Position numbers and translations under genes: made by a program
Shown: positions 18,437 through 28,324 of the stretch, piece after piece
How the letters are laid out: every line of letters starts with the position of its first letter
How positions within the stretch are numbered: position 1 is the stretch's first letter
The notes under the pieces: model-generated
The model's input: the letters and a program-made list of their open reading frames with translations, nothing else
What the model was told of the DNA's origin: nothing
Databases searched by the model: none
NCBI GenBank assembly: GCA_039194325.1
Contig: JBCCWC010000006.1
Location: forward strand, 91,187 to 155,186
Source of the DNA: Myxococcota bacterium
GTDB taxonomy: Bacteria; Myxococcota_A; Polyangia; Nannocystales; Nannocystaceae
Length of the DNA stretch: 64,000 nt
Reading direction: 5' to 3'

Positions 18437-21175
18437 ATGAACGCGCCGGAGCCGGAGCCCATGGTGAGCCCCTCCGAGGGTCGGAAACCACGGAGACACG
18501 GCAAGGAGGCGCTACCCTACATGTGGCCCGTGGATCTCCAGCTTCGCATGGTGCAGGCGGCCGTCGAGGCCCAGCTCTTCGGCCAAACGACCCACCCCGT
18601 CCAGGTGGGACGCTACGAGGTCAAGGGACCGATCGGCTCGGGCGGCATGGGCAGCATCGTCCGCGCGTACGAGCCCGACCTCCAGCGCGACGTTGCGCTC
18701 AAGCTGCTGCGAGCCGAACGCATGGGCGACGAGAGTACCCGCGCCCGGCTGGTGCAGGAGGCACGGGCGATGGCCCGCTTGGCGCATCCCAACGTGGCGG
18801 TGGTGTTCGAGGTGGGCGAGTCCGACGGACATGTGTTCGTGGCCATGGAGCTGATCGAGGGGCGCGACCTCCGAGCCTGGCAAGACGAACAACCGCGCGC
18901 GTGGCAAGCGGCGCTCGAGCTGTTCCTACAAGCAGGGCGAGGCCTGGCCGCCGCCCACGCCAAGGGGATCATCCATCGCGACTTCAAGCCCGAGAACGTG
19001 ATGGTCGACACCGAGGGCCGCGCGCGGGTGGTGGACTTCGGACTCGCTCGCGAGCAAGCGGAGATCCCGACCCCCGATGAGGATCAGGAACACGAGCAGA
19101 GCAACGAGCAGGATCTGCGGGCAAGACACGAACACCTGCGGGATACACTCCCGGCGGATCTGACCACCACGGGCACATTGCTGGGCACTCCGGCCTATAT
19201 GTCGCCCGAGCAGTGGAAGGGGCAGCCGGTCGACGAGCGCAGCGATCAGTTCAGCTTCTGCGTGTCGGTGTGGGAAGCGCTGTGCGGCGAGCGGCCCTTC
19301 GCGAGCAAGACGATGGGCGAGCTGATGGCGCTGGTGACCGCGGGCCAGCCCACCGAGGCCCGCAGTAGCCCAGCGCCGGGTCGGGTGATGCGAGCGCTGC
19401 GACGAGGGCTAGCGGCCGACCCGGCCGAGCGCTGGCCCGACATGGATAGCTTGCTCGCCGCCCTGCAGCCGCGCTCCCATCGGGGATGGTTGGCGGCGGG
19501 AGCGGTAGGGCTGACAGCGGTCGTCGCCACGATCGCGCTGCGGCCGGGCGAGTCCCCCAGCGATGCCTGCCGCGAAGAGCAAGCCCGGTTGATCGACGTG
19601 TGGGACGCACCCACTCGCGAGGCCGCCGCGCAGGGCATGCGCGCGACCGGACTGCCCTACGCCGACAAAGTGTGGGCGTCGACGGCCGAGCGCCTCGATC
19701 GATACGCGGACGACTGGGTCGCTCGAGCCGAAGCCAGCTGCATGGGAGCCCAGGGCGAGACCGAGGCCGCCCGCACTCGATACGACCGACAGCAACGCTG
19801 CCTAGAGGAAGCCCGAGCGCGGCTCGATACCCTCGGTGATGCGCTGGCGGATCCCGACGAGGCCACGGTGATCGACGCCGCCCACGAAGCGACGCGGCTG
19901 CCCGACCCAGGCGCATGCGCCGACGATCGCCACCTGGCGAGCTGGTCCAGCGAAGACACACCACAACGTCAGGCTCAGGTCGGCCGCGCCCGCGAAGCCC
20001 TGATCCGAGCACGTCGCTCGCTGGCCGTGCTCGACACCCGGGCCGGCGCCCTGTATTACGAGACCCAGCTCGAGCAGGCTCGCACGGCGGCCACCGAGGC
20101 CCGCGTGGCCGCCTCGGAGGCGGGGCACGCCTCGCTGGAGGCCGAGGCTGCGCTGGCGCAGGGGCGCGTGCTGCTCAAGTCCCGCGAGCTGCCGGCGGCC
20201 GAGCTAGCGCTGGCCGAGGCCATGCAGCGCGCGGAAGCCTCGGCGGATGCGCTCACCCGGATCCGCGCACGGATCTACCAGATCTACGTGCTCGGCACGG
20301 ATCGCAATCGTACCGACGAGGCGACCAGCCTGGGCGAGCAATCGCGGGCCCAGCTCGACGGCCTGGGCCCGCGACCGCTGCTGCGCGCACGGCTCGAGAG
20401 CAACCTGGCCACGGCGGTCGCCCGCTCGCGCGAGCCCGACCACGACCGCGCCCTGAGCCTACATGGCCAGGCGATGGAGCGACTTCGTGAGCAGCTGGGC
20501 GATCACCACCCCGCCATGATCGCCGCGCGCCTCAACCTGGGCCGCGCTCTTTCCTACGCCCACCGCCTCGACGAGTCCGAGACCGAGCTGCGCACCGCCT
20601 TGGATGCGGCCCGGGTGGTGTGGGGCGAAGACCACCCCAACACGGCCCGCGTCTGGAGCTCGCTGGGGCTCACCCTGGGCATGCGAGGTGGCCGAGACGA
20701 ACAGACCAAGGACGCGCTCATGCGCTCGCTCCAGGCCCGCGAGCGCAGCCTGGGAGCCGATCACCAGGAGGTCGCCGACGCGCTGTTCAACCTGGGCTCC
20801 ATGCTGCGGCGCACCGGTGCGCACGACGAGGCGGTGGTGCACCTGCGGCGCGGCCTGGCGATCCGCCGCGCGCTGAAGCACGGCCGCGAGAACAACCTGC
20901 TGCCCTGGCTCTACGCGATCGGCGACAGCGAGACGAGCCGGGGCGAGCACGCGGCGGCCCGCGAGATCCTCCGCGAGGCGATGACCAACGCCGAGCGAGA
21001 CGGCGCCTCCCCCCTCAACTTCGCCCGCGTGCGCTTTTCGCTGGCCAAGGCCACCGCCCCCGAAGATCCGGTCGCCGCCCGACTGATCGCCCAGGCCGCC
21101 CGAGACGACTTCAACGCGGCTAACCGAGCCAAGAACGCCGCGCAGGTCGAGCAGTTCCTCGCCCAGCTGCCTTGA
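18437..21175 (+). CDS. Ser/Thr protein kinase with TM and TPR region
   Basis: GSGGMG, VALK, HRDFKPEN, DFG, GTPAYMSPE; LG.DHP repeats. Same architecture as the 12238-15402 kinase. Start uncertain. Confidence 0.93.
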   Translation: MNAPEPEPMVSPSEGRKPRRHGKEALPYMWPVDLQLRMVQAAVEAQLFGQTTHPVQVGRYEVKGPIGSGGMGSIVRAYEPDLQRDVALKLLRAERMGDESTRARLVQEARAMARLAHPNVAVVFEVGESDGHVFVAMELIEGRDLRAWQDEQPRAWQAALELFLQAGRGLAAAHAKGIIHRDFKPENVMVDTEGRARVVDFGLAREQAEIPTPDEDQEHEQSNEQDLRARHEHLRDTLPADLTTTGTLLGTPAYMSPEQWKGQPVDERSDQFSFCVSVWEALCGERPFASKTMGELMALVTAGQPTEARSSPAPGRVMRALRRGLAADPAERWPDMDSLLAALQPRSHRGWLAAGAVGLTAVVATIALRPGESPSDACREEQARLIDVWDAPTREAAAQGMRATGLPYADKVWASTAERLDRYADDWVARAEASCMGAQGETEAARTRYDRQQRCLEEARARLDTLGDALADPDEATVIDAAHEATRLPDPGACADDRHLASWSSEDTPQRQAQVGRAREALIRARRSLAVLDTRAGALYYETQLEQARTAATEARVAASEAGHASLEAEAALAQGRVLLKSRELPAAELALAEAMQRAEASADALTRIRARIYQIYVLGTDRNRTDEATSLGEQSRAQLDGLGPRPLLRARLESNLATAVARSREPDHDRALSLHGQAMERLREQLGDHHPAMIAARLNLGRALSYAHRLDESETELRTALDAARVVWGEDHPNTARVWSSLGLTLGMRGGRDEQTKDALMRSLQARERSLGADHQEVADALFNLGSMLRRTGAHDEAVVHLRRGLAIRRALKHGRENNLLPWLYAIGDSETSRGEHAAAREILREAMTNAERDGASPLNFARVRFSLAKATAPEDPVAARLIAQAARDDFNAANRAKNAAQVEQFLAQLP

Positions 21176-21308
21176 ACACACCGCCGAACCCGAGCGGCTT
21201 GTCGTGGTCGAGCCCCGGGCACCATCCTCCTGGCTTAGATGCCCGTCGCTCTGGAAAAGATGAAACCTCCGGGAACTTTGGCGACACCACGCTGTCCTGC
21301 GGCCCGTC

Positions 21309-23330
21309 ATGCCTGTGACCACGCCGCTTGCTCGGGCTCTTACCGCTGCTTCGCTACTCGCCATGGCCTGGCCCGGCTCGGCCGCGGCCGATGAAGTCTG
21401 GGGCACCCGCTCGGAGCGACTGGTCGAGCGATCCCACGACATTCGGCTCGTCCTCGACCACGGAGTGGCCACGCTACGGGTGCGACGAGCGGTGCACAAC
21501 GGCGGCGAGCGCCACGATCAAGCCTTGTTCTGGATCGACGTGCCCGAGACGGCGGTCGCCACCGGCCTGCGCACTCGAGGCATGCTGCACGGCAAACCCC
21601 ACTGGTTCGAGGGTGATCTGCTCGAGGCCGAGCTGGCGGCCCAGCGCTACACCGAGCTGACCGGGATCGGCGGCTACTACCCCAAGGATCCCGCGCTGCT
21701 CTCCTGGCGCAACCCCACCCTCCTGGCCCTCCAGGTCTTTCCCGTGGCTCCCCAGACCGAGAAGATGGTCGAGTACACGCTGCAGATGCCGACGGTCTAC
21801 GAGGAGGGCCGGGACCACCTGGATCTCCCCCCGCTCGGGACCGAGAAGCACCCGGCCCGAGTCACCCTAAAGGCGGCTCATCGTCGCGATCAGCTCTTTG
21901 TCCGTGGTGAGCCGGTGGGCCACGGCACGCAGCTCACCCTCGACCAGCAGGTCTCGCTGTCGCTGGCGCGCGCCCGAACCCCGCGGATCGAGGCCCACCT
22001 GGCCTCGGTGCCCTTCGCGGACCAGCGCGTGCTGATGCACCTCGATGTAGCGCTGGCGCCCAAGCTCTCCACCATTCCCCGCAATGCCCGAGTGGTGGTG
22101 GTGCTCGACGGCTCGCGCTCGATGAGCGAGGGCGAGCGCAAGGCCGAAGTCGCGACCGCGCGTGCAACCCTCGAGCACTTCGCCGCGCCCAAGCTCGGAG
22201 CCAAAGCCGAGGTCTTGGTCTTCGATCACAAGGTCGAGGGTCGCAACGGAGGGCTCGTGTCCGTGCGCAAGGCCATCGCCGATCTGGAGCACCTCGAGCT
22301 TCCGGGTAACAATGGCAGCCATGTCGACCAAGCCCTCACACGCGCCGGCGAGTTGCTCGCGGGCAGCAAGGGCCCCCGCCGCATCGTGTTGCTCACCGAC
22401 GCCCGCACTCGCGACGGCCTGAAACCCGCTCGCCTGCGTACGCTCGCCGAAGACAGCCGAGCCATCGTGCACGTGGGGATCGTGGGCGAGGGCTCCGCCA
22501 CCCTCCAGCGCGACGACAGTCACCCGTGGGCCGAGGCCACCACCACCACCGGTGGCCTGGTCTGGAATGTCGCGGCCGATCTCGACGGCGACCGTCAAGA
22601 TCACCGGGCCGTCTTCGAAGAGCTCGCCCGTCCCGTACGCCTCGACCACGTGCGCGTGCTGGTCCCTCCCCTGGCCGACGAGCACGTCTACGTCGACGAG
22701 TCGATGGTAGAGGGCGAGGGCGTGGACGCCTTCGAGCTGGTCACCGAGCCCATCGCCCACCTGCGCGTCGAGGGCGAGCTGTGGAGCACGCCGGTCCACG
22801 AGACGGTGTTTGCCGAGGACGAGGACAACCGCCGCTGGGCCGCCCTGGTCTTCGGCTCCGAGCTGCTCGGAGAGCTGAGCGAGGAAGAGATGATGCCCCT
22901 GGCCATCCTCGGCGGGGCCGTATCGCCGGTCACCAGCTACCTGGCCATCGAGCCCGGGGTGCGGCCCTCCACCGAGGGCCTCGACGAGACCGAGGGCATG
23001 GGCATGATCGGTTTCGGCGCCGGGGGTGGATCGGGCAGCGGCACGATCGGCCAGGGCAGCGTGGGTCTCATCGGCGGCGACAGCCGCCCCGAATTCCTGC
23101 GGCAAGCGGTCCGCGACGCACTCGATGACTGCGCCGGGCCGGGCCGGGCCGCTCGTGTGGTGCTGGAGTCCACGCTGGACGAGATCGTGCACCTCGATCG
23201 GATCACCATCGTCGACTCCACCGATCCCACGCTCACCCGATGCGTGGAGACACAGCTGTGGGATCTAGAGCTGCGGCGTGACTTCAACGACGAGTGGCGC
23301 CGCTGGGTCGTCGACGTGCCGGCCACGTGA
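21309..23330 (+). CDS. Secreted VIT + von Willebrand A domain protein with Gly-rich C-terminal segment
   Basis: Signal peptide, VIT-like N-terminus (DPALL, LQVFPV), MIDAS DGSRS, VLLTD, VSPVTSYL, then GMGMIGFGAGGGSG. Confidence 0.8.
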   Translation: MPVTTPLARALTAASLLAMAWPGSAAADEVWGTRSERLVERSHDIRLVLDHGVATLRVRRAVHNGGERHDQALFWIDVPETAVATGLRTRGMLHGKPHWFEGDLLEAELAAQRYTELTGIGGYYPKDPALLSWRNPTLLALQVFPVAPQTEKMVEYTLQMPTVYEEGRDHLDLPPLGTEKHPARVTLKAAHRRDQLFVRGEPVGHGTQLTLDQQVSLSLARARTPRIEAHLASVPFADQRVLMHLDVALAPKLSTIPRNARVVVVLDGSRSMSEGERKAEVATARATLEHFAAPKLGAKAEVLVFDHKVEGRNGGLVSVRKAIADLEHLELPGNNGSHVDQALTRAGELLAGSKGPRRIVLLTDARTRDGLKPARLRTLAEDSRAIVHVGIVGEGSATLQRDDSHPWAEATTTTGGLVWNVAADLDGDRQDHRAVFEELARPVRLDHVRVLVPPLADEHVYVDESMVEGEGVDAFELVTEPIAHLRVEGELWSTPVHETVFAEDEDNRRWAALVFGSELLGELSEEEMMPLAILGGAVSPVTSYLAIEPGVRPSTEGLDETEGMGMIGFGAGGGSGSGTIGQGSVGLIGGDSRPEFLRQAVRDALDDCAGPGRAARVVLESTLDEIVHLDRITIVDSTDPTLTRCVETQLWDLELRRDFNDEWRRWVVDVPAT

Positions 23331-23402
23331 GCCCTCTTGTCAGGTTCGGGCCTGGAGCTCGGACCTGGGGTTCGGGCCCGAGGGATCACGATACGATGGC
23401 CC

Positions 23403-24437
23403 ATGCGCTCGTGCTTCCGACTGCGACTGGTCTCGTCACTTCTAGCCCCATCGCTTCTGGTCCCACCGCTGTTCGTGCTCGTCGCCTGCGGTACCGTCGA
23501 CCCCGGCAGTGACGACCCGGCCGGCGACACCCGCGGCCCGACGACCTCCCCCGCCACCACGGCAACGGCCACCCTGGGCTCGGCCTCGTCGGACCCCAGC
23601 ACGAGCACCGCCGCAACGAGCTCGAACAACACGACCGGCAGCACCGGCTCCGCCGACACCACCACCACCGATCCCACGATCGGGCCACACTTCGACCTGT
23701 CGATCCCCGACATGCCGGGCGACCCCTTCATCCCCACGGACATCGACGTGGTGCTTACGGCGGACAACGCCTATGCCTTCGGCTACGGCACCGAAGACGA
23801 GATGCTCAACTACTTCGGCGGGGTCGCGGCCGTGCTGGCCTCGGAGATCTTCGGCTGCGCCACCGGCCCCGAGCAATATCTCGTGCCCGCCCAGGACGTG
23901 GCCGAGTACCTCTACATCGTGGCCTACGGCGACCAGTCCACCACCCAGGGGGTGATCGGTCAGTTTCGACGGATCAGCGACCGCCCCAAGGGCACCCCGG
24001 GCGAGGTGGTCTACACCGGCGACGAGGACTGGGAGGTTTGCGCCACCGGCATCGACTACAACACCGGAGATCCCACCCCCACCCTCGAGATCGTCAACGA
24101 GCAGATCGCCCTGTGCAACGCGGGCATGACCGACCCCGCGACCACCAGCCAGGGCTGGGTGGATCAGACGGGCACCATGCTCGGCGCGCTCGCGGTGGGT
24201 GAGACCAACGAGACCCCGTACGCCGGCGGCCCGCAGCCGGGCAACGAGTTCCCGCTGGTCTGCCAGATGCTCGTCGATCCCGAGGCCCGCTGGATGTGGT
24301 TCAACTGGGATCCGGCGACGCTGGTGTGGCCCGCCCAGTCCCCCTTCATCTACCCGGGCGGCCCCGGCAACCCCATGCACGACTTCATGATCTTCCGGCT
24401 GGCCTCCGATGCCCTACCTCCGCCTCCGGCGGGCTGA
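23403..24437 (+). CDS. Hypothetical lipoprotein with Thr/Ser-rich linker
   Basis: Lipobox LVAC, T/S-rich linker, TADNAY and ARWMW motifs suggesting a beta-sandwich/lectin-like domain. GC3-rich codons. Confidence 0.75.
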   Translation: MRSCFRLRLVSSLLAPSLLVPPLFVLVACGTVDPGSDDPAGDTRGPTTSPATTATATLGSASSDPSTSTAATSSNNTTGSTGSADTTTTDPTIGPHFDLSIPDMPGDPFIPTDIDVVLTADNAYAFGYGTEDEMLNYFGGVAAVLASEIFGCATGPEQYLVPAQDVAEYLYIVAYGDQSTTQGVIGQFRRISDRPKGTPGEVVYTGDEDWEVCATGIDYNTGDPTPTLEIVNEQIALCNAGMTDPATTSQGWVDQTGTMLGALAVGETNETPYAGGPQPGNEFPLVCQMLVDPEARWMWFNWDPATLVWPAQSPFIYPGGPGNPMHDFMIFRLASDALPPPPAG

Positions 24438-24850
24438 CATCCGCGCCTCGCCCCGCCCGGGATCGTGCACCCACCGATGCATCCGATCCCCCGCCCGCGG
24501 GACTACCCCAGTGCAAGCCAATCCACCTCGCAATCTTGCGAGGGCAAGCCACCTGAAGCGACGCACGCCACTGCGTCCAAGCGAGCACCCGGTCGCGCAC
24601 TCATAGCGCGGCCGGGTGCTCGTGGGTTCGGACATGGCACCCGTGCCCGACCCACGACACCGGTGTCACACTCGAACCGCGCCCAGACGCGATCCTCCCC
24701 TTCGAAATCATTGAATTTTTCCCGCCAAGCCCGCTGGCCTCGTCCTTGCGAATAGGTCGGGCGCTCGACGCCACCACGAGGATGCGAACAATCGCCCGGC
24801 GTCGAGCACCGACTTTTGACTTACGTCTACCTGGATCGAGGTTCTTTGCC

Positions 24851-26938
24851 ATGTCTTCGTCTCGTCGCACCGCCCTGCCCCTGGTCGCCCTCTCGCTCGC
24901 CGCTATCGCCACCGGCTGTGAAGGCACCCAAGGCTCCGACCCCTACGCCCCGGAATCGATCGACCGCTCGTCGCTGGCCCACTTTCAGTCGTGCGAAGAC
25001 GTGGTCGACTACGTCCAGTTCCGTGCGCTGGAGCAGGTGGGCCCCTACGGCTTCGACGGTGACCATGGCTGGGGCTGGGAAGAGGACGCGCTCGCGGGCG
25101 GCGAAGACGGCGGCGGCGACCCGAACATGGGCGGCGCCCCACCGCCCGCCGACGACGGGGAGACCGGGGGCGACTCCGGGGGTGGCGACGGTGGCTCGCC
25201 CGATCACTCGGGCACCAACGTCCAAGAGCTCGGCGTCGACGAGCCCGACATCATCAAGACCGACGGCGATCGGATCCTGGCCCTGGCCCAGGGCCAGCTG
25301 CACTACATCGACGTGCAGGGAGAGGCGCCCACGCTGACCCAGTCCCTGCCCGTGCTCGAGGCGGCCGACGAGTACTACTGGTACGACGCCACGCAGATGC
25401 TGGTCCACGGCGATCGGGTCCTGCTGACGATCTCGCGCGGCGGCTGGGATCTTCCCCCCGCGATCCGTGACCAGTTCGAGCTAGGCGCCGACGAGTACAT
25501 GGAGATCGTCCAGCTGGTCGAGGTCGACGTGTCGAACCCGAACGACATGAAGGTGGTGGGCAGCCTCTACGTGGAGGGCATGGTCGTCAGCGGTCGCCTG
25601 CACGAGGACACCGCCCGCGTCGTGCTCAGCGCGCAGTATCACGACCTGCCCTTCAAGTACCCCTACGACTTCCTTGATGAGAGCGACGCCAACTTCGACG
25701 AGTGGAGCGGCTGGAACGAGGCGGCCTACCAATGGGCCGAGACCCAGGCCGAGAAGCACAACCGCAACGTGGTGCTCGCGACCGAGCTCTCCGACTGGAT
25801 CCCCCGCTACGTGTTCGAGGCCGGCGACACGACCGACGCCGGCCTGCTGGTCGAGTGCCAGCGGATGATGCGACCCGGCGCCCACGCGGGCCTGGGCACG
25901 CTGTCGGTGCTCACCATCGATATGAGCCAGCCCCTGGCGCTGGGCGACGCGGTGGGCGTGTTCTCCGAGGGCCAGACCGTCTACGCCAGCCCACAGAGCC
26001 TCTACGTGGCCACCCGACCGATCTGGGAGGAGCAAGACCTCGAGGTGCTCGAGGAGGACCCCGAGTGGAACGTGTCCTCCTACGTGCACAAGTTCGACAT
26101 CACCAGCGACGACGCCGCCCACTACGTGGCCTCCGGCGAGGTCCCCGGCTACCTGCTCAGCCAGTGGGCCATGTCCGAGCACGACGGCGATCTGCGGGTG
26201 GCCAGCACCCAGTGGGGCTGGAGCGACGACTCCGAGAGCTATGTGTCGGTGCTGCGCGAGAACGGCGAGGCGCTCGAGCTCATTGGTCAAGTCGACGGCC
26301 TCGGCAAGGGCGAGGAAATCTACGCGGTGCGCTTCATGGGCGACGTGGGCTATGTGGTCACCTTCCGCCAGATCGATCCGCTGTACACCCTCGATCTTGC
26401 CGATCCCACCGACCCGCGGATGGTGGGTGAGCTGAAGATCAACGGCTACTCCGCCTACCTGCACCCGGTGGGCGAGAACCTGCTGCTGGGCGTGGGCCGC
26501 GACGGCACGGCGGATGGCCAGGTGCTCGGCACCCAGGTGAGCCTGTTCGACGTGAGCAACCCGGCCGAGCCCACCGCGATCTTCCAAGAGTCCTTCGGTG
26601 AGTGGGGCTCCTCCGAGGTGGAGTTCGATCACCACGCGTTCTTGTACTGGGCCCCCGAGAACCTCGCGGTCTTCCCCGTCAACACCTGGACGTTCAATGA
26701 AGACACCGGCGAAGAGGAGTACTTCAACGGCGCCCTGGCCTATCGGATCGACCCCGAGTCGGGGATCCAGCTGCTGGGAACGATCGAGCACGAGCAGGGC
26801 GAGTTCGAGGAGTTCTGGTACGGCGAGGGGATCCGCCGCTCCATGGTGATCGGCGACCAGCTGTTCACCCTGTCCCGCGAGGGCCTGCAGCGCAACGCGC
26901 TGAGCGATCTTTCCGCTGCCGGCTGGGTGGAGTTCTAA
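24851..26938 (+). CDS. Secreted beta-propeller-domain lipoprotein
   Basis: Lipobox ATGC, SGTNVQE.GVDEPDIIKTDG, SQWAMSE..G.LRVAST, GEEIYAVRF, VTFRQIDPLY, GELKI.GYS.YLHP. Confidence 0.88.
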   Translation: MSSSRRTALPLVALSLAAIATGCEGTQGSDPYAPESIDRSSLAHFQSCEDVVDYVQFRALEQVGPYGFDGDHGWGWEEDALAGGEDGGGDPNMGGAPPPADDGETGGDSGGGDGGSPDHSGTNVQELGVDEPDIIKTDGDRILALAQGQLHYIDVQGEAPTLTQSLPVLEAADEYYWYDATQMLVHGDRVLLTISRGGWDLPPAIRDQFELGADEYMEIVQLVEVDVSNPNDMKVVGSLYVEGMVVSGRLHEDTARVVLSAQYHDLPFKYPYDFLDESDANFDEWSGWNEAAYQWAETQAEKHNRNVVLATELSDWIPRYVFEAGDTTDAGLLVECQRMMRPGAHAGLGTLSVLTIDMSQPLALGDAVGVFSEGQTVYASPQSLYVATRPIWEEQDLEVLEEDPEWNVSSYVHKFDITSDDAAHYVASGEVPGYLLSQWAMSEHDGDLRVASTQWGWSDDSESYVSVLRENGEALELIGQVDGLGKGEEIYAVRFMGDVGYVVTFRQIDPLYTLDLADPTDPRMVGELKINGYSAYLHPVGENLLLGVGRDGTADGQVLGTQVSLFDVSNPAEPTAIFQESFGEWGSSEVEFDHHAFLYWAPENLAVFPVNTWTFNEDTGEEEYFNGALAYRIDPESGIQLLGTIEHEQGEFEEFWYGEGIRRSMVIGDQLFTLSREGLQRNALSDLSAAGWVEF

Positions 26939-26978
26939 GACTCGCGCTCGCCAACCCACCCTGGCCAAGGTTGGCGCA

Positions 26979-27009
26979 AGCGGTGGCGCTCCCTCGGGAC
27001 GCCGCCGCT
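26979..27009 (+). terminator. GC-rich hairpin after the beta-propeller gene, possible terminator
   Basis: agcggtggcgctccc-tc-gggacgccgccgct imperfect stem, with a short T-run about 11 nt later. Confidence 0.4.
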
Positions 27010-27440
27010 CGCTCGTTCGGTTTTCCGTCACTCCAAGAGCAAGCGTCGACGTGAGCGTTCACTCGGATCGGCCAACACGCGAATCTCGAGTTCGCCCCCT
27101 CGATGCAGTCGGGGTCTACGAGCCCCATTGCATGGAATTCGAAGCGACAGATCATCGCAGTTTCGATCTACGCCACGATGCTCACCGATTTTTCCCGAGC
27201 CGATCGCCACCCGAGGCCATTTGCCCCGAACGATTCGATCCGCTGCTCACGATCGCACGAGCGGCTCTCGTTCGTCATGCTCACCTCAACGATCCGGCCC
27301 TGGTCGATGTGGAGAATGCGTCAAGATTTTCCGATCGATTCCCGTTGGAAGTGACACTCTACAATTGCGATCAAAGACGCTACTCTAGGTCCGCCAATAC
27401 CGTTCTTGACTTGACCTGAGATGTCCCTTGGGAAGCACCG

Positions 27441-28037
27441 ATGAGCAAGAGTGAGCACGGAGGAGAGGAACGCATCGTTCTGCAACGCAGCGGGTCGGCC
27501 AAGCTTGCCTGCCAGGCGGGCGTGGTTACTGTCAGTGCAGTAGATGATGGCAGCATCCGGGTCGATTTCTGCGCGCGTGATTGCAGCGTGATGCTCCGTA
27601 TCACCGAGGCCATCGAGCTCCATGACGGCGACCTCATCGCGGCCGGGCACCAGTGGATGTCGTTCGAGGCCGGCCGCAGCGGCCGCCCCGCGCGCCTCAA
27701 CCTCCTCGACGATGCGGGCGCCGTCCGCCTCACCCTTACCCTGCGTGGCTCCTCGCTGTCGATGGGCCGCAACACCGGCGACGTGGTGCTGCCCCAGGAC
27801 GAAGCGCTCTCCGAGCTCCACATGCAGCTGTTGATCCGCGAGGACAACGTGTTCTTGCAGGATCTGGCCAGCTCCAACGGGACCTGGGCCGTCGTCCGCC
27901 CGGGCGAGGTGCTGCCCTCCAACAGCACCCTGGCGATCGGTGAGCGCTTGGTGCGAGTGAGCACGCCGCCCCCGGTCGGCTCCGAGCCCGCGGTGGCCGA
28001 TCGAGCCTGGCGCACCAACATCCACGACGCCGCCTGA
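27441..28037 (+). CDS. FHA domain protein
   Basis: MGR..GD...DEALSELH...LQDLASSNGTW; a degenerate FHA-like N-terminal half. Confidence 0.8.
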   Translation: MSKSEHGGEERIVLQRSGSAKLACQAGVVTVSAVDDGSIRVDFCARDCSVMLRITEAIELHDGDLIAAGHQWMSFEAGRSGRPARLNLLDDAGAVRLTLTLRGSSLSMGRNTGDVVLPQDEALSELHMQLLIREDNVFLQDLASSNGTWAVVRPGEVLPSNSTLAIGERLVRVSTPPPVGSEPAVADRAWRTNIHDAA

Positions 28038-28324
28038 AGCCGCGTGTCGTCGGCACCGGTGCGTAGACTCATCGTCACCCGATTGGCTCCAGACTGGCTC
28101 TAGCGCAGCGCATCGGACGGGTCTGCGTCGCGGAGGCGACGCTCGATTCACGCCCGCTGGGGACGAAAGGGCGACGAGGGGACCCGGGTGCGACCGGTTC
28201 ATGGTCAGGGCGTCAACCATCCCGTCGACTCGCGCGACTCTCCCTGGCATGCGCATGACGTCGGGGTGGCGTTAGAGCATCTCTTTGTCGTGTGACCGCC
28301 GGACCCCCCATCTGCGACCCAATC

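Noticed and set aside
25481..27031. Long antisense or alternate-frame ORFs (also 4767-5861, 21867-23192, 47995-49173, 53326-54786)
   Set aside because: They shadow motif-bearing genes and have Arg/Ala/Gly/Pro-rich composition, as expected from stop-poor high-GC DNA.
27051..27419. Short ORFs in the lower-GC gap before the FHA gene
   Set aside because: No codon bias or motifs; more likely promoter DNA.
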